Source of the DNA: Candidatus Rokuibacteriota bacterium
GTDB taxonomy: Bacteria; Methylomirabilota; Methylomirabilia; Rokubacteriales; CSP1-6
Direction of reading: 5' to 3'
NCBI GenBank assembly: GCA_016184365.1
Contig: JACPCW010000088.1
Coordinates: 12,068 to 76,067 of the forward strand
DNA: 64,000 bases
Shown here: piece after piece, positions 27,102-36,031 of the stretch
Layout of the letters: every line of letters starts with the position of its first letter
Numbering within the stretch: position 1 is the stretch's first letter
Position numbers and translations under genes: made by a program
Notes under the pieces: generated by a model
What the model was told of the DNA's origin: nothing
Seen by the model: only the letters and a program-made list of their open reading frames with translations
The model's database searches: none

Positions 27102-28013
27102 ATGTCCGCCGTCCAGATGGCGCGCTGGTCCCGGCGAACGACAGTCGACCTCCCGGCAGCGCTACACCGGTCCTTCGGCGCGCTGGACCACCGGTTGAGA
27201 CAGGCGGTCGCGCGCTTCCTCAACCGCCGCGTCACCACGGACGAGCTCAAGGTCCCGAACGACATGACGCAGCTCTACCGGCGCATCCGTAGAGGGGATG
27301 TCGTGCTGGTGGAGGGGGAGCTTCGCGTCAGCCAGCTCGTCAAGTACGTCACGCAGAGCCAGTGGAGCCACAGTGCCCTCTATGTCGGCGACGAGCTCCT
27401 TCGCCGCGGGGGGCCGTTGCGCGAGCAGGCCCTGGCCAATTTCGGCGAGCGGGCTGATCGGCTCCTCGTCGAGGCGCTGACCGACGAGGGCGTGATCGCC
27501 GCCCCTCTCGCGAAGTACCGCGCACACAACCTCCGCCTCTGCCGACCCTCGGGCCTCCATCCGGCCGATCTCGAGCGGGTCATCGACTCCGTCGTGGTGG
27601 ATCTCGGCAAGCAGTACGACGCCCGGAACTTTTTCGAGCTGGCCCTGCTGCTGCTGGCGCCGGCGCGGCTCGGCCCGCTGAAACGATGGACGGCGCGGAC
27701 ATGCCTTGGCAATTGCACCGAGCTTCAGGTGATCTGCTCCGGCATGATTGCCAAGGCCTTCCAGCGGGTGGGCTATCCCATCCTGCCTGAGCGCCGACAC
27801 TACTCGCAGATCCTGCCGCGCGACTTCGACTTGAGCCCGAACTTCCAGGTCATCAAGGCCAGCGCCATCGACGACGGCGGAGTCGATGCCCTCGACGCCC
27901 AACTCGAAGGACAGATGGAGACCGTCGCACAGCGACAGGAGGAGCGAGGGGAGCGCCGAACAGCATGCTGGCCCTTCTCGTGTGGAAGGGGGATGCGTGC
28001 GGCCGGGTGCTGA
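27102..28013 (+). CDS. hypothetical protein, possibly permuted papain-like (YiiX/NlpC-P60-type) hydrolase
   Basis: 303 aa; GDVVLVEG..WSHSALYVG..CSGMIAKAF pattern. The functional call is weak. Confidence 0.5.
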   Translation: MSAVQMARWSRRTTVDLPAALHRSFGALDHRLRQAVARFLNRRVTTDELKVPNDMTQLYRRIRRGDVVLVEGELRVSQLVKYVTQSQWSHSALYVGDELLRRGGPLREQALANFGERADRLLVEALTDEGVIAAPLAKYRAHNLRLCRPSGLHPADLERVIDSVVVDLGKQYDARNFFELALLLLAPARLGPLKRWTARTCLGNCTELQVICSGMIAKAFQRVGYPILPERRHYSQILPRDFDLSPNFQVIKASAIDDGGVDALDAQLEGQMETVAQRQEERGERRTACWPFSCGRGMRAAGC

Positions 28014-28081
28014 TGGGGCGTGGCGTGATGCGTGTGTCGGGAGAGGGCGTCGCGCCATGAACCTGCCAGAGGCGAGGTCCT

Positions 28082-29110
28082 TCACCAACACCCGTCCAGG
28101 ACACCCGAGGGCGGCACCTCGCGATCGGCGTCCCGCGAACTGACTTCGCCGCATTCCACCACGCGGGGAACGGCGCGCGCCTCCAGTCGAATGCGATCGA
28201 GAGTGCGAGGTGCGAACTCGCGCAGCGACTCGCCGAAGGCGCGCTGGAAGTGTCCGAACCGGTCATCCGAGCCGTCGAACGCACGGAAGTACGTGATCAG
28301 GCCGGCGAGCCCGTGTCGCCGCACCAGCTCGTCGGTGAGGAGGAATGCGAGGCCGTAGGTCGCTGCGGTTCCGACTTCGGAGAGGCGCGCTCTCCATCCG
28401 CGCGGGTGACCCAGGACGACGAGGTCGAGGGGTTCGTGGCCGTCGGTATCCACCGCCGCCACCGCGCGGAGCGCGCGGCCTCGCCGCTCGTCCACGTCGG
28501 CCTCGCCCAGCCGGTCGAGGATCCGCGCCGAGACCCAGTCCGCCATCCCCTCGCGCAGCCACTGCTCGGAACGCCCACGCCGCCCGCCGGCGAGCTCGTA
28601 CTGGGCCACGTGCGTCAGCTCGTGCGCGACCAGGCCGAGCCAGGCGCGTCGCGGGGCCCCCCGCAGTGCCTCATCGTTCACGAACAGCCGGCGCTGCTGG
28701 GCGAGACCGAGCGAAGCGATGGTGATCCGCGCGGCGCCCGTCGGCGAGAGGCCTCCCTGGCGGACGAGGCCCTCTTCGTATTCCGCGCGAGTCGGATAGA
28801 CGAAGACCACGAGGCGCCCGGGCAACGGTAGCCGCAGCTCCGCGACCATGAGGCGCGCGATGGCTCGGATCGCCGACTCGTAGCCGCGCACGGCACGCGG
28901 AGCACGTGCCGTCGCCGCGTCGGGGCCGATCTGAACCGGGAGGATCTGCGTGGCGCGGGCACATCCCGCGAAGGCCAATGCGAGCGCGGCCGCGGCGACG
29001 AGACCGGGACGATGACGTCGTCTTCGCCCGGTCACCGCGTCGCCGATTCGGGGCCCGCGACCGAGCGGCGGCGGAGCGGGACCGTCGATGCCGCTCCGCC
29101 GCGCCCCCAT
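28082..29110 (-). CDS. lipoprotein-like zinc metallopeptidase (HExxH, peptidase MA-like)
   Basis: LAFAGC lipobox-like signal, HELTH plus a downstream EGMADW. TGATG 1-nt overlap with the porin stop. Confidence 0.65.
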   Translation of the reverse strand: MGARRSGIDGPAPPPLGRGPRIGDAVTGRRRRHRPGLVAAAALALAFAGCARATQILPVQIGPDAATARAPRAVRGYESAIRAIARLMVAELRLPLPGRLVVFVYPTRAEYEEGLVRQGGLSPTGAARITIASLGLAQQRRLFVNDEALRGAPRRAWLGLVAHELTHVAQYELAGGRRGRSEQWLREGMADWVSARILDRLGEADVDERRGRALRAVAAVDTDGHEPLDLVVLGHPRGWRARLSEVGTAATYGLAFLLTDELVRRHGLAGLITYFRAFDGSDDRFGHFQRAFGESLREFAPRTLDRIRLEARAVPRVVECGEVSSRDADREVPPSGVLDGCW

Positions 29111-30771
29111 CAGAAGCTGAACCAGGCGATCGCCTCGATCTTGTTGTTCTCGTTCTCCCGGCTCCTGGAGCCGCCGGCCGGGAACACCTGGCGGAAGTCC
29201 GTCTTGGTGTGGTTGTAGGCCACGCCGAACGTGAATGGCCCCGGGGTCCACCAGAGGCTCACTTCCGACTGCCGGTTGTTCACCCGGAAGAAGGTGTCGG
29301 CGGCAGGGCCACCGTCGGTGATCAGGCTCCCGAAGACGACTGGACGGTCGTTGTCGAGTGCGTGCTGGGCACCGCCGGCCCACCGGATGCTGACGGTGTC
29401 CGTGATCCAGAAGATCGGGTTGATGAATGCCCCGACGCTCTCCGCCTCGGTCAGCGACCCGTCGCTGTCCCGGATGATCTGCCGGTCGAACTCGGCGTTG
29501 AGGTGGCGCGCCTCGCCGCGGGTCCAGAGGCCGCCGCCCCTGAGCTGAAGCGTCATGGCGCGTCCGGTCTGATTGAAGCCGATCCGGTCCAGCGTGAACG
29601 TGCCCCATGCTGTCTGATTCGTGAAGTGCCGCTCCGAGAAGTTCGTCTCCGCGGCGTTGCTGACGGTGCCGGCCGCGGTGAATCGCTCCTCGAACTCGCC
29701 CCACGTGGTTCGGAGGTAGACCTTGACGCTGCCGATCGGGCCGATGCGGCCGGTCTCGAGACCGATGCCGCCGCTCACCGCGGGAAAGCCGCTGAGGTCA
29801 CCGCCGCCGAGGTCCCCACCGATCGCCGTGTTGTCGAAGAACGGACGCTCGAAACCGAGCGAGCTGACGAGCTTGACGCCGGGCCCGACGGGGTACTTGT
29901 GGACGATCTCGGAGCGTGGATTCCGGCGGAGCGCGGCACCGAGGCCGCCCAGCATGGTGTTGAAATCGATCGTGTCAGGGCTGTTGTCGGCGAAGCTGGT
30001 CGTCTGCCCGAGGGTGAGGATCAGCTCGTCGCCTTTCGTCATCAGATCGTCGAAGCTCCAGCGGCCGAAGCCGTGGCGCAGTCGCGGGTTGTTGTTGACG
30101 GCGCCGCCCTCGCCGGCGGTGAATTGCCGGTTGAAGTCCATCTCGAAGAAGCCCTGCGTCTTGCCGCCGAGGGTCGGCGGTCCCTGGATGGCGAGATTGA
30201 GGCGCGTGCGCCCGGCGAAGGCGCGGAAGCTCTCACGGTCGGCGTTGTTGCCGCCGCCCGGCGTTGCGGCGGGCAGCAGGGCGCGCGTCACGGATTCTCC
30301 GACCGGCGTGTCATTCGCCTGCACGTGCAGTCGGAGCGAGCCACCCAGCCGGACCTTGAACTTGTCGCTGGCGAAGACGTTGCCCGGGATGTCCTTCCCG
30401 AGCGGGCTCCGCTCGCTCTCGGCGCCCTGCTTGCGCCCGCCCTGGAGGTCGAAGAAGTTCTCCCACCCGTCGAGGAACGAGGCGACCCGCTCTTCCTGCT
30501 TCTGAAGAGAGAGCTGCTGGCTCTCGACCTGCTTCTTGATGCTCTCCAGCGTGCGCTGCTGTTCTTCCTGGCTGCGCTGCTGCTGGGTACGCTCGGCTTC
30601 GCGCTGCTCGAGCGTTCGCTTGAGCGAGTCGATCTGCTCGCGCGTCGATCGCTCCAGCTCCTGGATTCGCTGCTTCAGCTCCTCGGCGCTCTGTGCTCGC
30701 GCCGCCGGCGCGTCGAGCATGAAGACGAATGTGCCTGCCACAACGAGGACCAGCCACCGCTTGAGCCGCAT
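29110..30771 (-). CDS. outer-membrane beta-barrel porin with N-terminal coiled coil (DcaP-like architecture)
   Basis: Signal peptide ..DAPAARAQS, a ~90-aa heptad-rich Q/E/R segment, then alternating beta-strand pattern ending in the terminal AWFSF. Confidence 0.75.
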   Translation of the reverse strand: MRLKRWLVLVVAGTFVFMLDAPAARAQSAEELKQRIQELERSTREQIDSLKRTLEQREAERTQQQRSQEEQQRTLESIKKQVESQQLSLQKQEERVASFLDGWENFFDLQGGRKQGAESERSPLGKDIPGNVFASDKFKVRLGGSLRLHVQANDTPVGESVTRALLPAATPGGGNNADRESFRAFAGRTRLNLAIQGPPTLGGKTQGFFEMDFNRQFTAGEGGAVNNNPRLRHGFGRWSFDDLMTKGDELILTLGQTTSFADNSPDTIDFNTMLGGLGAALRRNPRSEIVHKYPVGPGVKLVSSLGFERPFFDNTAIGGDLGGGDLSGFPAVSGGIGLETGRIGPIGSVKVYLRTTWGEFEERFTAAGTVSNAAETNFSERHFTNQTAWGTFTLDRIGFNQTGRAMTLQLRGGGLWTRGEARHLNAEFDRQIIRDSDGSLTEAESVGAFINPIFWITDTVSIRWAGGAQHALDNDRPVVFGSLITDGGPAADTFFRVNNRQSEVSLWWTPGPFTFGVAYNHTKTDFRQVFPAGGSRSRENENNKIEAIAWFSF

Positions 30772-30836
30772 GTTGTCTCCCCCCTCGGTCGGTGTGTGCT
30801 TCATCTGCGCGGGCTCCGGCGCGCGGCCACGATCGA

Positions 30837-30879
30837 CAAACAAAAAACCCGCCCGGAGCGCGAACGCTCTCGTGGCGGC
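30837..30879 (-). terminator. rho-independent terminator
   Basis: On the minus strand there is a GC-rich stem with a UUCG tetraloop (..GAGCG-UUCG-CGCUC..) followed by GGGUUUUUUGUUUG. It lies just after the DUF2292-like gene. Confidence 0.8.
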
Positions 30880-30927
30880 CTCCTGTCCGTCAGGTCGGCC
30901 CGGGCCGGGAACGGCCGGCGCCTTCCG

Positions 30928-31131
30928 CTACATCGCGAGCCTCCTCAGCACGTCGCGGTCGATCTTCTCGATCAGCTCGACGTTGACCATCCGCCCCTCG
31001 CTGATCGTCACCGCCAGGCGGCCGAATCTGCGTCGTTTCACCCGGGCGAGCCCGTCGAGCAGGAGCATCGCCTCCCGCTCGGTGACGCCATCGGGCAGAT
31101 TCAGGCCCACGCTCATTCGATCGACGGCCAC
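30928..31131 (-). CDS. small YezD/DUF2292-like protein
   Basis: 67 aa; GRLAVTISEGRMVNVELIEKID pattern. Confidence 0.5.
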   Translation of the reverse strand: MAVDRMSVGLNLPDGVTEREAMLLLDGLARVKRRRFGRLAVTISEGRMVNVELIEKIDRDVLRRLAM

Positions 31132-31295
31132 GCTCGCGTCCTCCCGCCGATCCGGTCAACCGCCGTCGGCTGCGAGATATTCCTGCTCGGCGCGTCGATA
31201 TCCGGCGCATTCGATCCAGGTCGACGGTCGTCGCGACCGCGCCTGCCGCCATCGTGACTCGAAGAGGGCCGATGCTCGTCTTCATGAGGTCATGC

Positions 31296-31919
31296 TCATC
31301 GGGCTGGCGGAAGGAGTGGGGCCAGCTCCTTGCGGACGAACAATCGCGCCCGGTGGAGGCGCGACTTCACGGCCGGCACGCTGAGCCCGAGCGCCCTCGC
31401 GACCTCCTCGTTCGGCAGCCCCTCCACATCTCGCAGCACCAGCACGGCGCGGTACTCGTCGGGGAGGGCCGCGATCGCGCGTTCGAGCCCTGCCCGCATC
31501 TCCGCCGCGACGGCTGGATTTTCCAGATCGCGCGACCAGTCGACGACCGGTCCGATGTGGCGCCCCTCGGCGTCGAAGGCCGGCAGGACCGCGTCGAGCG
31601 CGATCTCCTGCCTGGCGCTGCGCCGGGCGCGCACGCGCTCGTACGCGGCGTTCGCGGCGATGCGGTAGAGCCAGCTCGAGAAGGCGGCCTCGCCCTTGAA
31701 GGTGCCGATCTTGCGGGCCACCGTCAGGAGGACGTCCTGCGCGATCTCCTCGGCATCTCGCGGGTCACCGACGACCCGGACTGCGACGCGGTAGATCCAC
31801 CCGCCGTAGCGATCGACGAGCTCCTCGACGGCCTTCGCCTCGCCGCGGCGCAGACTCTCGACGAGTCCACGGTCCTCGCTCCGGATGGCCGCACGCCGTC
31901 GCTCCGCCGACTCATCCAT
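31296..31919 (-). CDS. RNA polymerase ECF sigma-70 family factor
   Basis: Region 2 DAEEIAQDVLLTVARKIGTF..FSSWLYRIAANAAYE; region 4 LPDEYRAVLVLRDVEGLPNEEVARALGLSVPAVKSRLHRAR. Confidence 0.9.
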   Translation of the reverse strand: MDESAERRRAAIRSEDRGLVESLRRGEAKAVEELVDRYGGWIYRVAVRVVGDPRDAEEIAQDVLLTVARKIGTFKGEAAFSSWLYRIAANAAYERVRARRSARQEIALDAVLPAFDAEGRHIGPVVDWSRDLENPAVAAEMRAGLERAIAALPDEYRAVLVLRDVEGLPNEEVARALGLSVPAVKSRLHRARLFVRKELAPLLPPAR

Positions 31920-32021
31920 CGTCGCGGCTCTCCTCGGCCCACACCTCGGATACCCCTGAATTCCGCGCGCCGCCGGGAAGTCCATTCGTCCGCCTCATTT
32001 CCGTGGACTCGCATTCCTGGG

Positions 32022-32348
32022 TCATGGCTCGTACCCACCCCGCAGCAGGTCCTGGAGGAACGCCGAGCAGTTGACGACGATCAGGCGCGGCGTCCCAACC
32101 CGCCGGAACAGGGCGACGCCGCGGCCGTCGATGAACGTCACGCCCCCGAGGTCGAGGCGGATGGTCCGTGCTTCCTGGAGAGCCTTGCAGCACTCGCGCT
32201 CCAGCACGTCGACCCACTCGGAGACGACGCGGCCCTCCACCTGCAGCGTGACGGCGTCCGCTCCCGGTTCCGTCGTCTTCGTGATCCGCAGCACAGCGTC
32301 CCTCTCTCGTCTGGAATGTCGCGTGATCGCGCATGGGGATGACGGCAT
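32022..32348 (-). CDS. STAS domain protein (anti-sigma-factor antagonist-like)
   Basis: TLQVEGRVVSEWVDVLE...IRLDLGGVTFIDGRGVALF pattern. Start uncertain (32348 or 32390). Confidence 0.65.
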   Translation of the reverse strand: MPSSPCAITRHSRRERDAVLRITKTTEPGADAVTLQVEGRVVSEWVDVLERECCKALQEARTIRLDLGGVTFIDGRGVALFRRVGTPRLIVVNCSAFLQDLLRGGYEP

Positions 32349-32545
32349 GCGCTGTGCCAGACCCGGGCAATACGGTGCGGTGCCCTGCATGTGCGCGCGG
32401 TGGCTAGCAGTTCCTACGAGTCGAGGCAGGGAAGGCGAGCGCAGGGCCGCACAGGGCGTCCCGATATCTTGGGAGCTTCACGACATGTTGGGACGGCGCC
32501 GTGAGGAGGACCTGGGGCCCGAGGCCGGCACCGGCTCCCAGCTAG

Positions 32546-32574
32546 GAATCCTCCGCACGAGCCGTTCCGTCGTA
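32546..32574 (+). promoter_or_regulatory. ECF-type promoter candidate GAATC-N17-CGTCGTA
   Basis: About 70 nt upstream of mini-ORF ATG 32648. Confidence 0.55.
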
Positions 32575-32647
32575 CGAGTGACTCGTCAAGAGAAGCTGGC
32601 CGAATCTGGCCGAGACAGCCGACGAGGCTGCGAAAGGGGGACCCGGA

Positions 32648-32743
32648 ATGATGACCGGTTCCGCTCTGCGGTGTCCGGTGTGTGGATGCGACCGGCGAAT
32701 CCTCTGTTCGCGTTGCCGGGAGCAGCGCTGCGCGAGACGGTGA
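32648..32743 (+). CDS. 31-aa Cys-rich (zinc-ribbon-like) peptide
   Basis: MMTGSALRCPVCGCDRRILCSRCREQRCARR contains 7 Cys. AGGGGGA Shine-Dalgarno. The stop overlaps the next ATG (TGATG). Confidence 0.4.
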   Translation: MMTGSALRCPVCGCDRRILCSRCREQRCARR

Positions 32744-32970
32744 TGGTCGGCCGCGGTCAGAGCCCTGCGGGCCTCAACGTGACTCCGGTTCCGCGCCGGG
32801 TCGCTCTCGGGAGCGCCAGAGGCACGATGTTCGGTTCCGCGGTCGATGCGCGGGAGGTGACGCAGCGGCACCGGCGATCCGAAGCTGACAAGCCGCGCTC
32901 AGCAGCCGATCTCACGACGATTCTGATCGTCGCCGGAGCGATGGCGTTGCTGTGGCGGTGCCTCGTCTGA
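32743..32970 (+). CDS. 75-aa tail-anchored hypothetical protein
   Basis: Coupled to the mini-ORF. C-terminal TM LTTILIVAGAMALLW. Followed by a strong hairpin. Confidence 0.4.
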   Translation: MVGRGQSPAGLNVTPVPRRVALGSARGTMFGSAVDAREVTQRHRRSEADKPRSAADLTTILIVAGAMALLWRCLV

Positions 32971-32974
32971 GAAC

Positions 32975-33001
32975 TTGGGGGGCCTCGAAAGGGCCCCCCA
33001 A
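32975..33001 (+). terminator. 10-bp GC hairpin (terminator-like, no U tract)
   Basis: TTGGGGGGCC-tcgaaag-GGCCCCCCAA, 5 nt after the stop at 32970. Confidence 0.45.
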
Positions 33002-33198
33002 ACCCCCCAGCGCTCGGACGCGCCCCGGCACAGCCGTGGCGCGCCTCGACCGCGGGATTCGTTCACGGGCACTGAGCCGCGGCGACGCGCGCGAATCGAA
33101 GCAGAACGAGGGTGCTGGACGAAGAGACCGTTGCGCCGACTCCCGGGGTGAGACGCCGGGAGGCACGACCGCAGGGATCGAGATCAGGAGGCGCGTCG

Positions 33199-33855
33199 AT
33201 GAAGGTTACGCTCCAAGCTCGTGTCGGGCTCGCTGTCGCTCTCGTGCTCGTCGCGTTCGCCAGCCGGGACGCCGCCGCCGGCGCGCCCACCGAACAGTTT
33301 CGCCACTACGCCGACCGGGCCCTCGAGGTCCTGGGCGCTGCCGATCTCCAGAAGGCGAGCGCCACCGAGGAGCGCCGGGCCGAGCTCCGCAGGACCGCCA
33401 GCGACGCCTTCGACTTCGGGGAGATGACGAAGCGCACGCTCGCCCGGCACTGGCAGGTGCGCACGCCGGCCGAACGCGAGGAGTTCATCGCGCTCTTCGT
33501 CTCCCTCCTCGAGCACGCCTACCTCGGCAAGATCGAGCTGTACCGCGGCGAGAAGGTGAGCTATGTCGGCGAGTCGATCGACGGCGACCAGGCGACCGTG
33601 CGCACCAGGATCGTGACCAAGCAGGGCGCGGAGGTCCCGGTCGACTATCGGATGCACCGCCGGGGCGACCGCTGGCTCGTCTACGACGTCGCCGTCGAGG
33701 GGATCAGCCTCGTCGGGAACTATCGCACGCAGTTCGACCGGATCATCCGGCGGTCGTCGTACACGGAGCTGGTCGCGAAGCTGAGGTCGAAGGAGTTCCC
33801 GGTCCCCGAGGCCGCGAGCGCGAAAGGGCCCTCGCGCGACGGCCAGGCGCGATGA
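33199..33855 (+). CDS. MlaC/Ttg2D-like periplasmic lipid-binding protein
   Basis: AGGAG Shine-Dalgarno and a signal peptide. FDFGEMTKRTLARHW..REEFIALFVSLLEHAYLGKI..WLVYDVAVEGISLVGNYRTQF. Confidence 0.8.
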   Translation: MKVTLQARVGLAVALVLVAFASRDAAAGAPTEQFRHYADRALEVLGAADLQKASATEERRAELRRTASDAFDFGEMTKRTLARHWQVRTPAEREEFIALFVSLLEHAYLGKIELYRGEKVSYVGESIDGDQATVRTRIVTKQGAEVPVDYRMHRRGDRWLVYDVAVEGISLVGNYRTQFDRIIRRSSYTELVAKLRSKEFPVPEAASAKGPSRDGQAR

Positions 33856-33890
33856 ACGAGAGCGCGACCCGGCGCCGAGCCCGTCGGGCC

Positions 33891-35090
33891 TTACCTGCGG
33901 GCTGCCGACGAGGCGAGCTCCGGCTCGACGATCGCGGAGATCACGTGCACCGCCGCCGTGATGCCCGCCCACACGACCGCCGCGGCGAAGGAGAAGGCCG
34001 GCGTCCCGAGGAGGAAGCCGGGGAGGAAGATCCAGGCGTAGATGTTGCGGCGGCCGCTGATCCTTCGAAAGCGGCGGAGAAACGAGCTGACCTCGGCCAG
34101 GTTCCGGCCGCGAAAGCGCGAGACCCAGATGTTCGCCAGGTTGTCGGTCACGTCGAACGCCACCATCGCCAGCGCAGCGCCCCAGGCCCACGGATGCCCG
34201 TGCGTCGACAGGCGGAACCCGAGAGCGACGTACCACGAGTTCTCGTAGAAGAAATCGAGCACGTGCTCGAGCTCACCGGGCTTCGAGGTCATGCGCTTGA
34301 TCCGGGCGAGCTTGCCATCGACGCCGTCCAGCACCTCGACGACGATCGCGAGCAGGACGCCAACCCGCAGCCACCCCGTCGCGAACAGGCCCGCCACCCC
34401 GAAGCCGAGGAGGCCGGTGGCCGCGGTCACCTGGTTGGGCGTGATCCGCGTGCGGCAGAGCAGCCGTACCAGGACATTCTCGAACGTGGGGTCGAAGTAT
34501 CGAGCCGGCAGGTCCAGCGTGCGCTTCTGTACGTGATCGAGAAGGACCCTCCAGCCTTCCTCGGCATCCCGGTCCGAGGTCACGCGAAGGAGGTGCACCG
34601 GGACGTCTCCGCGCTGCTCCTTCCAGTACGCCGGAAAGTCGGTGATCGCGACCACGGCGGCGGAGGCGAGGGAACGGGGCGGCTCGAGCAGGATCGTTCG
34701 CCCGACCGTTCCCAGGAGCTCGGGCTCCCTGGCGTTCGCCGTGACGAGCGTGTCGGCCGTTCGGGCGGCGAGCCAGGAGAGGATTCGCGGATCGACGAGA
34801 AGATCGGCGCCGATCACGAGGAAGCGCTCGCGCAGGAAGCCGCTCGCCGCCCGCAGCATCGTCCACGGGTCTCCCGGAGCGACACGCACGACGCGGACCG
34901 GCGTGGCGACGCGGCAAGAGGGCTCGGCGGGCCCAGCGCGAGGACCGCGGACGATCAGGATCTCCTGCAGGCTTCCGAGCTCGGAGAGCTGTCGCAGCAG
35001 CCGCTCGATCAGCGAGAGGCCCCCGACCTCGCGTGACGGGTCTCCCCCATCCGGGACGCAGACGATCACCGCCTGGGTCACGGGGGTCAT
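33891..35090 (-). CDS. nucleotidyltransferase-like domain fused to CDP-alcohol phosphatidyltransferase-like membrane domain (degenerate motif)
   Basis: ATGA overlap with the radical SAM stop. The motif reads DGVDGKLAR-x8-G, but the two downstream Asp of the consensus are not in register (GELEHVLD). Confidence 0.7.
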   Translation of the reverse strand: MTPVTQAVIVCVPDGGDPSREVGGLSLIERLLRQLSELGSLQEILIVRGPRAGPAEPSCRVATPVRVVRVAPGDPWTMLRAASGFLRERFLVIGADLLVDPRILSWLAARTADTLVTANAREPELLGTVGRTILLEPPRSLASAAVVAITDFPAYWKEQRGDVPVHLLRVTSDRDAEEGWRVLLDHVQKRTLDLPARYFDPTFENVLVRLLCRTRITPNQVTAATGLLGFGVAGLFATGWLRVGVLLAIVVEVLDGVDGKLARIKRMTSKPGELEHVLDFFYENSWYVALGFRLSTHGHPWAWGAALAMVAFDVTDNLANIWVSRFRGRNLAEVSSFLRRFRRISGRRNIYAWIFLPGFLLGTPAFSFAAAVVWAGITAAVHVISAIVEPELASSAARR

Positions 35091-36007
35091 CGGCGGCCCT
35101 CGATCCCCTGCCGGCGCCATTCGTCATAGGCGGACGCGGTTCGCGCGCAGCCGATGCTGCACATCTCGCGGCATGGCTTCACCGCGTGGAACTGTCGCTT
35201 CAGGTCGTCGAGCGAATAGTCCATCAGGTCCTTCGAGAAGAGTTCCCGGCTCTGGCTGCACCAGTGGACCTGGCCGAACTCGTCGACGTAGAGGTACCGG
35301 GCTCCCGCCCGGCAACGGAACGGAGCCGTCCCCGCCTGGATCAAGCGCTCCCGATAGTCGCCTGCCTCCCGGCCCGCCCGTCCGAGGATCCGCTTCACCT
35401 CGTGGTACGCCGCCAGCTCCTCCGGAGACAGCTTCACGCGGCCGAGCTCGTCGTGGATGAGTAAGACTCTCGGCACGAACCCGTGGCTCCGCGCGAAGCG
35501 CACGACCTCGATGGCCTCCTCCGGCGGCGCGCTGCCGATGACCGCGCTGAGGACGACCCGGAAGCGCGCCGACCGCGCGAGCATCTCGAGGCGACCGCGC
35601 AACGAGTGGAGCACCTTCAGGGTCGTCCCGTTGCGGCGGACGCCGTCGAGGCTCAGTTGGAGATCGGTCAGTCCGGCCGCGTTCAAGCCTTCGATCGTCT
35701 CATTCGTCAGGCGGTACCCGTTGGTGATCATCTGGCGGCGGCGGAAGCCGAGCTCGCGCATCCGGCGAACGAGCTTCAAGAGGTCCGGATGGAGCGTCGG
35801 CTCCCCACCGGTCAGACACACGACCCAGGCGCGCAGATCGCGGAGCTTTCCGAGACGCTGATCGAGCGTGACGAACGGGACGGGGTCGGAGACCGTGTCG
35901 TACTCGAAGCAGTACCCGCAGGAGAGGTTGCAGCGGCGGGTGACGACGAGCTGGGCGAGGAACGGGCCGTATCCCAGCCACTGCGCCCAGGAGAGTGGAA
36001 CGGCCAT
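35087..36007 (-). CDS. radical SAM protein (small, ~306 aa)
   Basis: CNLSCGYC (Cx3Cx2C), GGEPTLH, and C-terminal extra Cys (CRAGARY..HWCSQ..CREMCSIGC). Confidence 0.85.
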   Translation of the reverse strand: MAVPLSWAQWLGYGPFLAQLVVTRRCNLSCGYCFEYDTVSDPVPFVTLDQRLGKLRDLRAWVVCLTGGEPTLHPDLLKLVRRMRELGFRRRQMITNGYRLTNETIEGLNAAGLTDLQLSLDGVRRNGTTLKVLHSLRGRLEMLARSARFRVVLSAVIGSAPPEEAIEVVRFARSHGFVPRVLLIHDELGRVKLSPEELAAYHEVKRILGRAGREAGDYRERLIQAGTAPFRCRAGARYLYVDEFGQVHWCSQSRELFSKDLMDYSLDDLKRQFHAVKPCREMCSIGCARTASAYDEWRRQGIEGRR

Positions 36008-36031
36008 GGCGTCCGATCTTCCGGCGGAGCC

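Noticed and set aside
31156-31158. A third in-frame TGA. The frame upstream of the YezD-like ORF reads ..WIECAGYRRAEQEYLAADGG-TGA-PDRREDASV(start of ORF 30928-31131). The upstream part faintly resembles a zf-HC2 anti-sigma N-terminus.
   Set aside because: The upstream frame (31281-31159) has no ATG, GTG or TTG start and begins right after a stop. The TGA does not replace a recognisable redox Cys. The downstream sequence lacks the 10-nt-spacer/17-nt hairpin seen at the other two UGAs.
30890-31285. ORF (131 aa) starting 10 nt after the ECF sigma stop, in the position where an anti-sigma factor is expected.
   Set aside because: The translation is Arg/Gly/Ala-rich with no TM segment or zinc motif. 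It also overlaps the better-supported YezD-like ORF in another frame. It is most likely a GC-driven open frame.
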